Virus record (IMG/VR): IMGVR_UViG_3300032267_001142
Span: 1-64,000 of that record
DNA length: 64,000 nucleotides
Source of the DNA: a virus
Strand: one strand, 5' to 3'
The notes under the pieces were generated by a model. It ran no database searches and was not told where the DNA came from. It saw only the letters and a program-made list of their open reading frames with translations. Position numbers and translations under genes: made by a program. Shown in pieces: positions 1-7,818 of the stretch (positions are counted from its first letter, which is position 1; every line of letters begins with the position of its first letter).

Positions 1-1
1 A

Positions 2-280
2 ATGATTAAGCCTCAAAAACCGCCCGTCCCGTTTTTCTTTCCCGCTCGCACAGAGGTCAAGGATAAGATAGCTTATCCCAAAGTTTTGCTTGGTGAACTT
101 CGCGTACCTGAGCTTGGTGAATATATTCTTCCCGGACTCAGCGATATGCGCAGAGAATGCTTGAAGCGAAACTGCGCTCGGGGGGCTTATTTTATTCGTA
201 AAGCTACCGTATTCAACACGCGCCGCTTAGAATGGTGCGTGACTATCATCGAAGGAGACAAGGATGATAAAACCAGCTAA
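2..280 (+). CDS. Small MIK-family hypothetical protein (subfamily A, LGE.R.P..GEY core)
   Basis: 92-aa ORF starting MIKPQKPP. Shares an (L/F)xEyR.p..GE[YF] core and a C-terminal W with ORFs at 264, 1769 and 2031. Its stop overlaps the next ORF. Confidence 0.75.
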   Translation: MIKPQKPPVPFFFPARTEVKDKIAYPKVLLGELRVPELGEYILPGLSDMRRECLKRNCARGAYFIRKATVFNTRRLEWCVTIIEGDKDDKTS

Positions 281-500
281 ACCTCCAGCTCCAATCACTT
301 TTACCGGCAAGGACGGAAAAAAGTATCGCCTAGGGGAATATCGCATGGCTCAATCTGGCGAACGCTATCTGACGTTTTCCACTAACGTACGCTTGAACGC
401 CATCAGAAGGTGGATACAAAACTCGCTGTACACCGCAACAGGTTCGACCGTTGTTCGAGTGTGGACTTGCTCTGTAGTGAGGACCACAAAAAAGCCTTGA
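264..500 (+). CDS. Small MIK-family hypothetical protein (subfamily A)
   Basis: MIKPAKPPAP...YRLGEYRMAQSGERYL...VWTC; paralogous to the 2031 ORF. Confidence 0.75.
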   Translation: MIKPAKPPAPITFTGKDGKKYRLGEYRMAQSGERYLTFSTNVRLNAIRRWIQNSLYTATGSTVVRVWTCSVVRTTKKP

Positions 501-530
501 GCCCCCGCGAAACCCTGCTACATTCTGAAC

Positions 531-707
531 ATGTCTCTAATACGCTCCCGCATCAAAATGAAGAAGACCGTGCTTTTCCGTTCGGGCCATAAGCTCAAGA
601 GCGGCAAAACCTATTGGGCGGAAACGGGCTCCGATAACCGCACCTACGCCTCGGTGCGCGGCACAACTCTGTTCGTGAGGCGGACCATGTTTAATACTGT
701 AAAATGA
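531..707 (+). CDS. Small basic hypothetical protein (58 aa)
   Basis: Hand-translated MSLIRSRIKMKKTVLFRSGHKLKSGKTYWAETGSD...TVK*. Below the ORF-track cutoff. Its TGA overlaps the ATG at 704 (ATGA), filling the gap in the coupled array. Confidence 0.55.
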   Translation: MSLIRSRIKMKKTVLFRSGHKLKSGKTYWAETGSDNRTYASVRGTTLFVRRTMFNTVK

Positions 708-910
708 TTAAGGTCGCACCTGTCCGAAAATACGAACTGGTCTACAGGGCACCCAAAGTTGGGGAACTTTTTCTTTCATTTAGCTGCGGAAGGAGCAAAA
801 GTTGGGCCGAGGGCAGGATTCAAATTCGCGGAGCTTTAATGAAAAACTGCGGCAACTATTCTGACGAATTTGCTAGCCATCGGCGATGGGTCAAGCAGGA
901 AATCAAATGA
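704..910 (+). CDS. Small MIK-family hypothetical protein (subfamily B, LVYR.P..G)
   Basis: MIKVAPVRKYELVYRAPKVGELF...SWA...RWVK; ATGA overlaps at both ends. Confidence 0.75.
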   Translation: MIKVAPVRKYELVYRAPKVGELFLSFSCGRSKSWAEGRIQIRGALMKNCGNYSDEFASHRRWVKQEIK

Positions 911-1101
911 TTAAACTCGCTCCTCCGGCAAAATACAACCTAGTTTACAGAGTGCCTAATAGTGGCGACAGTTTCGTTTTGTATAGCTACAATATGCCTA
1001 TCGAATGGGCGCTCCGCATGTTGTATCAAAAGGCTTACGCTGGAAAAGCGAGTCAGGACTACGACTCTCCCCGATGGGTAAAGGAGCCTATCAAAAAATG
1101 A
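907..1101 (+). CDS. Small MIK-family hypothetical protein (subfamily B)
   Basis: Start reassigned from 886 to the ATG at 907 (MIKLAPPAKYNLVYRVPNSGD...EWA...RWVKE), which overlaps the upstream TGA. Confidence 0.75.
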   Translation: MIKLAPPAKYNLVYRVPNSGDSFVLYSYNMPIEWALRMLYQKAYAGKASQDYDSPRWVKEPIKK

Positions 1102-1343
1102 TTAAGCAAAAACGAAAAGTCCTAGTTGGAGTCGGCGACATCGTCATCTATACTGGTGGTCCCAAAGGAAAGAACGGCGTGCTCATTACCGCAGTGAACA
1201 CCGACAACTACGGCGATGGGCGACCGACCTTTCATGGGGTGTATATGGGTTCCGCTGGAGGGTTTTGGGATTTGAACCCGAAGCATATCAGAAAACAAGT
1301 AGGAAACAAAACGTTTCTAATTCACGGCTTTAGGAATGATTAA
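1098..1343 (+). CDS. Small MIK-start hypothetical protein (SH3-like beta-rich)
   Basis: Start reassigned from 1005 to the ATG at 1098 (MIKQKRKVLVGVGDIVIY...). Ends ...FRND* in an ATGATTAA overlap. Confidence 0.7.
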   Translation: MIKQKRKVLVGVGDIVIYTGGPKGKNGVLITAVNTDNYGDGRPTFHGVYMGSAGGFWDLNPKHIRKQVGNKTFLIHGFRND

Positions 1344-1551
1344 GCTCAAGCCAAAACCCCAACTAGTCTATCGAGCGCCCCAAATTGGGGAAGAGTTCAT
1401 CTTCGGTAGTCATGGCGCGTCCCTGTCATGGGCTAAAACCGGATGTTTCCGAAAGAAAGCTAGGCTAATAGCGGAACGCAACTACGCCGAAGATGCTTTT
1501 TGGAAAGAGCGATGGGTCATAATTAAGACACCAGATGGTAAAGCTGCCTAA
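1336..1551 (+). CDS. Small MIK-family hypothetical protein (subfamily B)
   Basis: MIKLKPKPQLVYRAPQIGEEFIF...SWAK...ERWVII. Confidence 0.75.
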   Translation: MIKLKPKPQLVYRAPQIGEEFIFGSHGASLSWAKTGCFRKKARLIAERNYAEDAFWKERWVIIKTPDGKAA

Positions 1552-1738
1552 AAATTATCGCGCATATTATGGGCTAGTCAAATCTGGCATGATTATTGTA
1601 GCTGGCTCTTCTTCATTTAACGAGGATGAAATCGCTGAAACTCTTAGCCTGCACGAGCCTCGTAGCCGTATATTCATTAAGGCGAATAAGATGTTCGAGT
1701 TGGAGCCAGAATGCCGATGGATTATCGAAAAGCCTTGA
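1535..1738 (+). CDS. Small hypothetical protein (MVK start, array member)
   Basis: 67-aa ORF overlapping the previous one; ends CRWIIEKP like subfamily B. Confidence 0.65.
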   Translation: MVKLPKNYRAYYGLVKSGMIIVAGSSSFNEDEIAETLSLHEPRSRIFIKANKMFELEPECRWIIEKP

Positions 1739-1768
1739 CGAAAACATAGACCCTGATACATTACCGAT

Positions 1769-2038
1769 ATGACCCGACACGACGACCAGCAGAGCCAAAT
1801 ACTATTCAGTGCCGACGCCTGTAAGCTCAAGAGCCGCGTAAGTTTGGGAAGGAAGCGCTTTAGGCTTACTGAGCGTCGCCAATGTCGGCCTAGGGAGTTT
1901 TTCGTCGATGGCTGCGATGGTGATTCAGCGAAGCAGGTTGCCGACTGGTGCAGGACTGGATTAGCCATCGTTCTCAAGAATAATACCAAGACTCCCTCCT
2001 CGCAGAAACGTTGGCTATGCGTTCTCGTAAATGATTAA
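1769..2038 (+). CDS. Small hypothetical protein (subfamily A)
   Basis: FRLTERRQCRPREFFVDG...DWCRTGL...RWLCVLVND aligns by eye with 2031..2297. Confidence 0.7.
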   Translation: MTRHDDQQSQILFSADACKLKSRVSLGRKRFRLTERRQCRPREFFVDGCDGDSAKQVADWCRTGLAIVLKNNTKTPSSQKRWLCVLVND

Positions 2039-2297
2039 ACCCGCCCCACTTCCCAAGCCTATAGAATTTAACGGCTCCGTAAGCTCCCTGCATACGTTTA
2101 ATAATTTAGGCGTTAAATCATTTGCCCTTTCTGAATATCGCGAGTGCAAATCCGGAGAGTACTTCATTGATGTTTCCGACGGCCTAACTCGGCGCGTAGT
2201 GGCTGGATGGTGTAAATCCCGTTTGGGCGTTCTGTTGAATGACGGAGTCAGCGACACGCCGAAGAAGTATTGGACATGCATTCCTAAAAATGATTAA
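2031..2297 (+). CDS. Small MIK-family hypothetical protein (subfamily A)
   Basis: MIKPAPLPKP...FALSEYRECKSGEYFIDV...GWCKSRL...YWTCIPKND. Confidence 0.75.
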   Translation: MIKPAPLPKPIEFNGSVSSLHTFNNLGVKSFALSEYRECKSGEYFIDVSDGLTRRVVAGWCKSRLGVLLNDGVSDTPKKYWTCIPKND

Positions 2298-2456
2298 ACC
2301 CACTCCAAATACAAAATTCAGATATGAACTCGTTTATTGCAATATGGACAAACCCGGAAAATTACCCTTCGGGAGCCAATATCAGTGAGTGGGCGGGTCG
2401 TGAAAAGCGCGTCGGGGCGTCTTGAACTAGTCTGGCGGTACGAGGAAAATGATTAA
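2290..2456 (+). pseudogene. Frameshifted MIK-family array member
   Basis: ATG 2290 gives MIKPTPNTKFRYELVY...YQ* (stop 2386-2388). A second frame open 2328-2456 reads ...SGRLELVWRYEEND*, resembling the C-terminus of 2449..2688 (LKLVWRHE) and ending in the usual ATGATTAA junction. Confidence 0.5.
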
Positions 2457-2688
2457 ACTCGTCAAACCAAATCCATTCCAAATAGGCGACATCGTTGAAT
2501 CGAACGCGAAAGTTCGCTATTTCGTATCTGACCTTAAAGGACCAACGGAAATTCTAGTGACTCTGGTGGACGCTGAAGACATTAATCCTACCGTGCTGGA
2601 GTATTATTACACTTGCGACCCTTGGCCCATTAAAGCAAGGTATCTTAAATTGGTATGGAGACACGAAAGCCCTGAACAGCCGCAGTGA
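2449..2688 (+). CDS. Small MIK-start hypothetical protein (F.iGD.V, SH3/KOW-like)
   Basis: MIKLVKPNPFQIGDIVESN...; last member of the array. Confidence 0.7.
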   Translation: MIKLVKPNPFQIGDIVESNAKVRYFVSDLKGPTEILVTLVDAEDINPTVLEYYYTCDPWPIKARYLKLVWRHESPEQPQ

Positions 2689-2799
2689 TTTCAAATAAGT
2701 CGAAATAAGTCATATTCGAGGTATGGCCGTGATGAGGTGCGAAAAGGCAAATAAGAAAGGGTATAGGTATTTGCGCTTTCCTGGCCGCCCGGCATGGGC

Positions 2800-2832
2800 A
2801 AAAAAAGAGGGACGCTCTCGCGAGCGCCCCTC
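2800..2832 (-). terminator. Intrinsic terminator of the DUF932 gene
   Basis: Minus strand GAGGGGCGCTC-GCGA-GAGCGTCCCTC followed by T7; GNRA loop. Confidence 0.85.
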
Positions 2833-2846
2833 TGTGATTCTGCCGC

Positions 2847-3929
2847 CTAGACTTCGGCGGATTCGCTGCGGTCGGAACGGGCGATTTCGACAAGCGCCAA
2901 GCGTCCCGCCTCTTTCAGCTCGTTCACCTTTTCGGGCGAGAGCAGGAGGTTTGCGAATGCCTGCTTATGCTCAGAGGCATCGCCAAACTCAGCCTTGTAT
3001 GCCTTCGTTCCCGCGTCCGCCTTCTTGCCGGTGCCGTCGCCGGAAGTCCAGAACTCCGTCGCGCCGTTCAGCATGTCGTAAAGCGAGCGACCGTTGTTTC
3101 CCTTGCCACGGAGGAAAAGGCGAGCAATTTCGTTCGCCGAATTTTCCGCACGCTTTGAGATGAGCGGCTTGTCGCTTTCCTGCGCGAAGTAGCCGAACGC
3201 GATAAGGCGAGCGTCATCCGTCGTGCAAGGCACGCCCGCAAGATATTCCATATTGGAACGGAAGCGAGCGCGGCCCGTGAGGACTTGGTTGATGAGACCG
3301 CCGAGGTTTTTCATCGCGGACTGCGCGCCCTTGGAATGGTAAACCTTGAATTCGAGATTGCCCTTTGCGTCTTCCGTGAGACTAGCGCGGAGCGTGTTCA
3401 TGCAGACGATTCGCACAAACGAATCATAAGCGCACATGCCCAGCGTGCCGTCGTGAGAAGTCACGAAGTTAAGGTTGGCGCGGTATTCGTCACCGTTGAC
3501 GGTAAACTTGCCGTCGTCTTCGGCGAGCTTCACAGAGATGAAGAACTTTTTCGCGCCTTCCAGTGTGCCGATGCAAGTGACTGTTGCGCTCACGCCACGG
3601 ATGGCTTCCGACATAACAGTCCAGACTTCGCGGTTGGAAATCTGCTGGTACGACTTTTTCGGAATGTGAAGCGGCACGTAATGCTGCGGCTGGCCGTTCA
3701 AATCTGGACGCACTGCGCCGAGGTTGGCGATAAGCGCCTTATGCGCGCTCATGGACACGGGAGCGGTGCTGCCGGTGACGTTCGCGACGATAGGTGCCTC
3801 GAAGATGTCGAAGAGAAATGGCGACGCGACCGCATCGTCGATGACGGGCTTGACGATGGCGAGCCCGTGCCATTCCGCGCCGAGGGTGGAGATGATGTTG
3901 TCGATAGGTGCAATGATTCCGTGTGACAT
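2847..3929 (-). CDS. DUF932 family (LGT_TIGR03299-type phage/plasmid) protein
   Basis: Motifs TSHDGT and VRIVCMNTL plus C-terminal LYDMLNGATEF are typical of DUF932. Start reassigned to the ATG at 3929 (MSHGIIAP, 360 aa); the track's longer start runs through the promoter and the CAA leader. Confidence 0.85.
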   Translation of the reverse strand: MSHGIIAPIDNIISTLGAEWHGLAIVKPVIDDAVASPFLFDIFEAPIVANVTGSTAPVSMSAHKALIANLGAVRPDLNGQPQHYVPLHIPKKSYQQISNREVWTVMSEAIRGVSATVTCIGTLEGAKKFFISVKLAEDDGKFTVNGDEYRANLNFVTSHDGTLGMCAYDSFVRIVCMNTLRASLTEDAKGNLEFKVYHSKGAQSAMKNLGGLINQVLTGRARFRSNMEYLAGVPCTTDDARLIAFGYFAQESDKPLISKRAENSANEIARLFLRGKGNNGRSLYDMLNGATEFWTSGDGTGKKADAGTKAYKAEFGDASEHKQAFANLLLSPEKVNELKEAGRLALVEIARSDRSESAEV

Positions 3930-3942
3930 AGTAGTGAGATGC

Positions 3943-3965
3943 TGTTGTTGTTGTTGTTGTTGTTG
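3943..3965 (-). repeat. (CAA)7-8 microsatellite in the 5' leader of the DUF932 gene
   Basis: Plus strand (TGT)n, lying between a predicted TSS hairpin (GTGGC-AGAC-GCCAC) and CTCACTACT-ATG. Confidence 0.85.
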
Positions 3966-4142
3966 CGTGGCGTCTGCCACTGAAAAGAGAATAGCAGAGC
4001 GTCTAAAAAGAGCAACACTTTTTCGCACAAATCGCCACTTATTTTTAGCCCCGCGCCGAGCCCGCAGGAGCCGGGCTGCCAGGTATCTTCGCCTTTCAAA
4101 GTTTCCGATTGACGAATACACAAAGCCCGCTAATGTTCTGGC

Positions 4143-4856
4143 ATGGCATACACGCTCCTATCAGTCGGCAAAGACGCTAAAACGGTCAAAGGCGAAAAAT
4201 TCGGATACCTTACGGGTATTCTCTACATGCAACCGGCTAGCCTTTCCGGCGTCAATCTGTGTCGCGGCTCTAGTGCCGGATGCCGCGAAGCTTGCCTTTT
4301 TTCCGCTGGCATGGCGAAATTTCCGGCAGTCAAAAAGGGCCGCGCACGCAAGACCGCGATGTTTCTTAACCAGCCCGAAGAGTTTATGAAAGCTCTGAAA
4401 GCGGACGTTGCTTTGCTGGAAAAGCAAGCGAAAAAGAAGGGCATGGGCGCGGTCGTTCGCCTTAACGGTACGACGGACATTCCTTGGGAGGAGCATACTA
4501 TCGACGGCTTGACTATCTTCGAGCATTTTCCAAACGTCAATTTCATGGACTACACTAAAATCCTTAAGCGCATGCTAAAGGGTTCTGCGGCGCTTGCGCA
4601 TCCTAATTATCATTTGACATTCTCGCGCTCTGAGGCAAACGAGCGGCACGCTAGGCTGGTAATGTCTATCGGCGGCAATGTGGCCGTCGTGTTCGCTGGT
4701 AAGACTTTGCCGAAAACCTTTTTGCGCAAGCGTGTTGTCAATGGGGACGAAAGTGATTTGCGCTTTTTGGATAAGAAAGGCGTGGTTGTCGGCCTTTACG
4801 CGAAGGGCAAGGCGAAAAAGGATACTAGCGGATTCGTGGTAATCAACGCCCGCTAA
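4143..4856 (+). CDS. Gp88-family protein (Cys-x6-Cys-x3-Cys, radical-SAM-like)
   Basis: LLSVGKDAKTVKG, GILYMQPA, NLCRGSSAGCREACL, VRLNGTTDIPW, FMDYTK, YHLTFSRSE, VVNGDESDLRFLD: the motif order I recall for the phage Gp88 family. Confidence 0.8.
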   Translation: MAYTLLSVGKDAKTVKGEKFGYLTGILYMQPASLSGVNLCRGSSAGCREACLFSAGMAKFPAVKKGRARKTAMFLNQPEEFMKALKADVALLEKQAKKKGMGAVVRLNGTTDIPWEEHTIDGLTIFEHFPNVNFMDYTKILKRMLKGSAALAHPNYHLTFSRSEANERHARLVMSIGGNVAVVFAGKTLPKTFLRKRVVNGDESDLRFLDKKGVVVGLYAKGKAKKDTSGFVVINAR

Positions 4857-4866
4857 TACTCTCACT

Positions 4867-4929
4867 ATGGGAATCATTGTTCTAGCAGTTTCCCTGTATG
4901 TCATCTGTAAGATAGGGGGAAGACTTTAA
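4867..4929 (+). CDS. Putative 20-aa hydrophobic micropeptide
   Basis: MGIIVLAVSLYVICKIGGRL*; CTCACT-ATG context resembles the DUF932 start; followed by a hairpin. Confidence 0.35.
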   Translation: MGIIVLAVSLYVICKIGGRL

Positions 4930-4991
4930 CACTCACAAATAAACCAGAGGCCCGCGCTCTGTTAGGCCGGGCAGCCAGGAATAAAAACCTA

Positions 4992-5429
4992 TCACCCGAT
5001 AGGAGTCACTTCATAAAGAGCCCGCACTTTGACACGCTTGCCAATGGGAAAGCGGTCATAAATCATGCCGTTAATTAGAGGAAAGACATGGCCGCGCACC
5101 GAAAAGACGAAGGTGCCAAGCTTATATTTTTGCTGGTAGTAGGAAACGGTCTTGCCTTTCTGAAATCCTTTCACGGGCTCCATTTTGATGCCGAAATTCT
5201 CAGCCTTCGCGACGACTTTATGAAAGTGCATTCCGCGCCTGTCTTTTCTGCCGAGCTTCGCCACTTCGGCGTGGCACGTCGTATAGTCTTTGCCGGAAGC
5301 ATGAACCATCGTGCCGACAACGCAATCGTGCCTTTCGTGCTCGAACCTGCCGCCTTCATAGATGGCGGTGTCAGCGAAGTACGGCTGTCTGATGACTACT
5401 CTGGCGATTCGGCGAGGCGGCACGTTCAT
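4992..5429 (-). CDS. Conserved phage hypothetical protein (possible Cys-His-Asp papain/C39-like fold)
   Basis: Start reassigned to ATG 5429, downstream of the promoter TTGACT-16-TATTCT. Motifs HDCVV, VRGHVF, IYDR. Confidence 0.65.
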   Translation of the reverse strand: MNVPPRRIARVVIRQPYFADTAIYEGGRFEHERHDCVVGTMVHASGKDYTTCHAEVAKLGRKDRRGMHFHKVVAKAENFGIKMEPVKGFQKGKTVSYYQQKYKLGTFVFSVRGHVFPLINGMIYDRFPIGKRVKVRALYEVTPIG

Positions 5430-5538
5430 AACTTCGTGAAGAATACAGGATTGACAAATACAGTCAACAACAATTTTCAGATGACCTGGCAGCCCGGCGT
5501 GCTGCCCAATAGTCAAAGATAATACCTCGTTAAGAAAG

Positions 5539-5612
5539 TGCGCCCGACAGGACTCGAACCTGTAACCTCGGGATTATGAGTCCCTCGCTCTAAACCGTTG
5601 AGCTACAAGCGC
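5539..5612 (-). tRNA. tRNA with CAU anticodon (Met elongator or Ile2)
   Basis: Minus strand GCGCTTG-TA-GCTC AACGGTTTA GAGC-G-AGGGA CTCATAA TCCCG...ACAGG TTCGAGT CCTGT-CGGGCGC-A. Full cloverleaf; CCA not encoded; G1-C72 excludes initiator. Confidence 0.9.
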
Positions 5613-5624
5613 TTATGTAGATTC

Positions 5625-5999
5625 TTAAATTGCTCCGCCGTCGATTTCGGCGAACGCTTCGGCCACCGTATTCGTTTCGCCGACCGTGTGACTGTTCCGC
5701 CAGAATTCGATTTTCCGACCGCGACGCTCCACGTTCACGCCTTCGCGCTGTGCGTGATAAACGAGGTTCTTGAATGTTGACGCTTTTCTTTTGACGATAA
5801 AGCGATAAGTGCCAATCGCCTTACAGTATATCGTGTCGGATAGGCTCACTTTTGCGATGCACCTTTCGACGTCGCGGGGCATGTGTCGATTCGCCGAATG
5901 CATGATATAGTATTCCCCCTCGATATTCGTCGGGCCAAAGCGAACGAGTTTCCAGTGACGAGCAACGGATGCGGGAAGTTTCGGGAGTGCGGGTGCCAT
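5625..5999 (-). CDS. Hypothetical protein
   Basis: 124-aa ORF with promoter TTGACA-16-TACGCT-7-ATG. Confidence 0.75.
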   Translation of the reverse strand: MAPALPKLPASVARHWKLVRFGPTNIEGEYYIMHSANRHMPRDVERCIAKVSLSDTIYCKAIGTYRFIVKRKASTFKNLVYHAQREGVNVERRGRKIEFWRNSHTVGETNTVAEAFAEIDGGAI

Positions 6000-6014
6000 G
6001 TGTTAGAGCGTAGA

Positions 6015-6332
6015 CTAGATTTTACGAATGTCAACAGGATAAGGGCCGTTTCTCGTGATTGAGATTCCCCAAAATTTGAGAGCCGCGTCCTCATATTTGC
6101 GAAACTTCTTGCCATGATGAATGCCACCCTCGCAAAAGTGAGTTACTTCATGGACAGCCATGTAGGTCGCGATTGTTTCGCTTTTCGTGAGAATCCACTT
6201 GGGCATCGTGATATACCCTTCATCGGTGAAAGCTTCGGCGCGGCACGTATCGCCCCAGACGACGCGAATCGGGCTCAGCTCCAAATGCTTTGCGGTCACG
6301 TTGACCACAGTTTCAAACATCGCTTTCGTCAT
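6015..6332 (-). CDS. SprT-like/zincin HExxH metalloprotein
   Basis: YMAVHEVTH...HHGKKFR; leaderless start at 6332 after TTGCTA-16-TACAGT. Confidence 0.75.
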   Translation of the reverse strand: MTKAMFETVVNVTAKHLELSPIRVVWGDTCRAEAFTDEGYITMPKWILTKSETIATYMAVHEVTHFCEGGIHHGKKFRKYEDAALKFWGISITRNGPYPVDIRKI

Positions 6333-6412
6333 GTGGAGACTGTAGACGCTGGCACGGAGATAGCAAGAAGTATTTTCAACTATCCGGGCAGCCAGGAACA
6401 CCAGAGCAGAGT

Positions 6413-6844
6413 CTATTTCTCAAGAATGTATATTTCGTAACTTCCGTCTTTGCGCAGAGAGCGAAAAGGCAACTCGATGTATCCTTGCCAAGTCCCTTTA
6501 GAGGTGAAACCGTTTAACTTCCTTCTGTCTCTCCTGACAGTAAAGAACGCAGTGCCGTCATCTTGAAGCAGATTAAAGACCTTTTCGACGACCGCCATCC
6601 TATCTTCCTTTTCCGGAATGACATTGAGCACGAAGTTGCAAGTGATAGTTCTGAACTTACCACTTTTAGGAAGAACGAAGAAAGGAAAATAGTGAGGGTC
6701 GTACTTTTTGAATCCTATCGAGTCAGCGCACTTACCCCTTCCACATCCATAGTCAAGTCCATCGGGAATAAGCAACCCGCTCTTTTGCAGCCAGCGCATC
6801 GGGGATGATAGCTTGTTACGTCCTATGGCGGTTAAATGGCTCAA
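6413..6844 (-). CDS. Class I SAM-dependent methyltransferase resembling the DNA-phosphorothioation-associated methyltransferase domain
   Basis: H.TAI.R..LS.P, LDYGCGRG, KYDPHY, TCNFVLNVIP. TTG start at 6844 is preferred because the ATG at 6877 lies inside the promoter spacer. Confidence 0.75.
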   Translation of the reverse strand: MSHLTAIGRNKLSSPMRWLQKSGLLIPDGLDYGCGRGKCADSIGFKKYDPHYFPFFVLPKSGKFRTITCNFVLNVIPEKEDRMAVVEKVFNLLQDDGTAFFTVRRDRRKLNGFTSKGTWQGYIELPFRSLRKDGSYEIYILEK

Positions 6845-6932
6845 ATCCTTTGGTGTTGTTCTGTGACTGTATCTCATAGTAGTAGTGATGCAAGTTTTAT
6901 TTTGAAAATCCTGGTTGCCCGGCATGATGAAA

Positions 6933-6956
6933 GCGCTGCGGGTTGCCCCGCAGCGC
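6933..6956 (-). terminator. Intrinsic terminator
   Basis: 10-bp stem GCGCTGCGGG/CCCGCAGCGC with a GCAA loop on the minus strand, followed by TTT. Confidence 0.7.
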
Positions 6957-6970
6957 GTGAGGTCGCGTGA

Positions 6971-7387
6971 CTATTCGTAGTCGTTAAATGGTTTGCTGTC
7001 CACCGTTCCGCCCGTGTCGAAAACTGAGCCGCGACGGGCTGCGGGAACGTACCCAGACGATTCTTTCACGAGCGAGCCGAGGAATCCTTCGACCAAAGTA
7101 TTCAGCTCATGCTTGAATCCGTCCCGTTTGCCCTTCCACTTTGGCCCGATTTCTCGCGAAAGCTGAGCGCCAAAAACTCGCTGCAAACCCTTTTTCAGAT
7201 TGTCGCGATATGCGGAAAGGTTCACGGATGTTGATTCTCCGTCCTTGTAGTCGTCATCCTCTTTTAGCGGCATTACCGCACCGTAGTTGATTAAGTGATT
7301 GACAAGCACAGCAAGGTGCTTTGCGTCGCCGGAAAGGTTCAGGATATAGGTGCTGCCGTAGGGACGAATGGTGCCGGTGATGTTCAT
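6971..7387 (-). CDS. Hypothetical protein
   Basis: Start reassigned to ATG 7387 (MNITGTIRP), 6 nt after a CACTCT -10 box. Confidence 0.7.
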   Translation of the reverse strand: MNITGTIRPYGSTYILNLSGDAKHLAVLVNHLINYGAVMPLKEDDDYKDGESTSVNLSAYRDNLKKGLQRVFGAQLSREIGPKWKGKRDGFKHELNTLVEGFLGSLVKESSGYVPAARRGSVFDTGGTVDSKPFNDYE

Positions 7388-7479
7388 GCGTGAAGAGTGC
7401 CATGCCCGCAAATAGAACGCAAGCTTTTTCTTTGTAGAACCTGGCAGCCCGGACATAAAATTCATACCTTGCTTTATGC

Positions 7480-7740
7480 CTATCGGTATAACTCTCGAAT
7501 TGATTTCGGCAACATTGGAACGCGTGCCCGCGCAGTAGCTTCATCGCATGACTCAGCTAGCTCAACAAGCTCTTGGACTTCCCAACGAAGACCCACATAA
7601 AACCCTTGTGGACTCAAATCGGTATACACCGAATAACCGTAGCTATAACCTTTCTGGAAGACGAAGATTTTGTTCGCCGAAGATATCGACTTGAAAAATG
7701 TCGCCTCGGCTGGCGGAGTAGTAGGACGAGGTTTAATCAT
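7480..7740 (-). CDS. Isolated MIKP-start small protein
   Basis: MIKPRPTTPPAEATFF...; same ATGATTAAA start and Pro-rich N-terminus as the 1-2.7 kb array, on the opposite strand. Confidence 0.6.
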   Translation of the reverse strand: MIKPRPTTPPAEATFFKSISSANKIFVFQKGYSYGYSVYTDLSPQGFYVGLRWEVQELVELAESCDEATARARVPMLPKSIRELYR

Positions 7741-7818
7741 TTAGTAAGAAGCCCTCGCCGCTTAGGACAACGGCGAGCGCTCTTAACATTTATTTTTAGT
7801 GCCCTTTTCGAGTCCGCG

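Noticed and set aside
3930-4121. Poly-Gln N-terminal extension of DUF932 in the ORF track
   Set aside because: It spans the promoter and the CAA leader; the ATG at 3929 fits the family start.
3285-4389. Long plus-strand ORFs 3285..3926 and 3724..4389, and similar antisense ORFs elsewhere (e.g. 10200..10646, 11321..11734, 12789..13319, 43784..44158)
   Set aside because: They are antisense shadows of GC3-biased genes with recognisable motifs and promoters on the other strand.
6350-6365. Sigma54-like TGGCACG-GAGA-TAGCA
   Set aside because: -12 is TAGC and it overlaps the opposite-strand sigma70 -35 and spacer, so it may be a by-product; not counted among the sigma54 sites.
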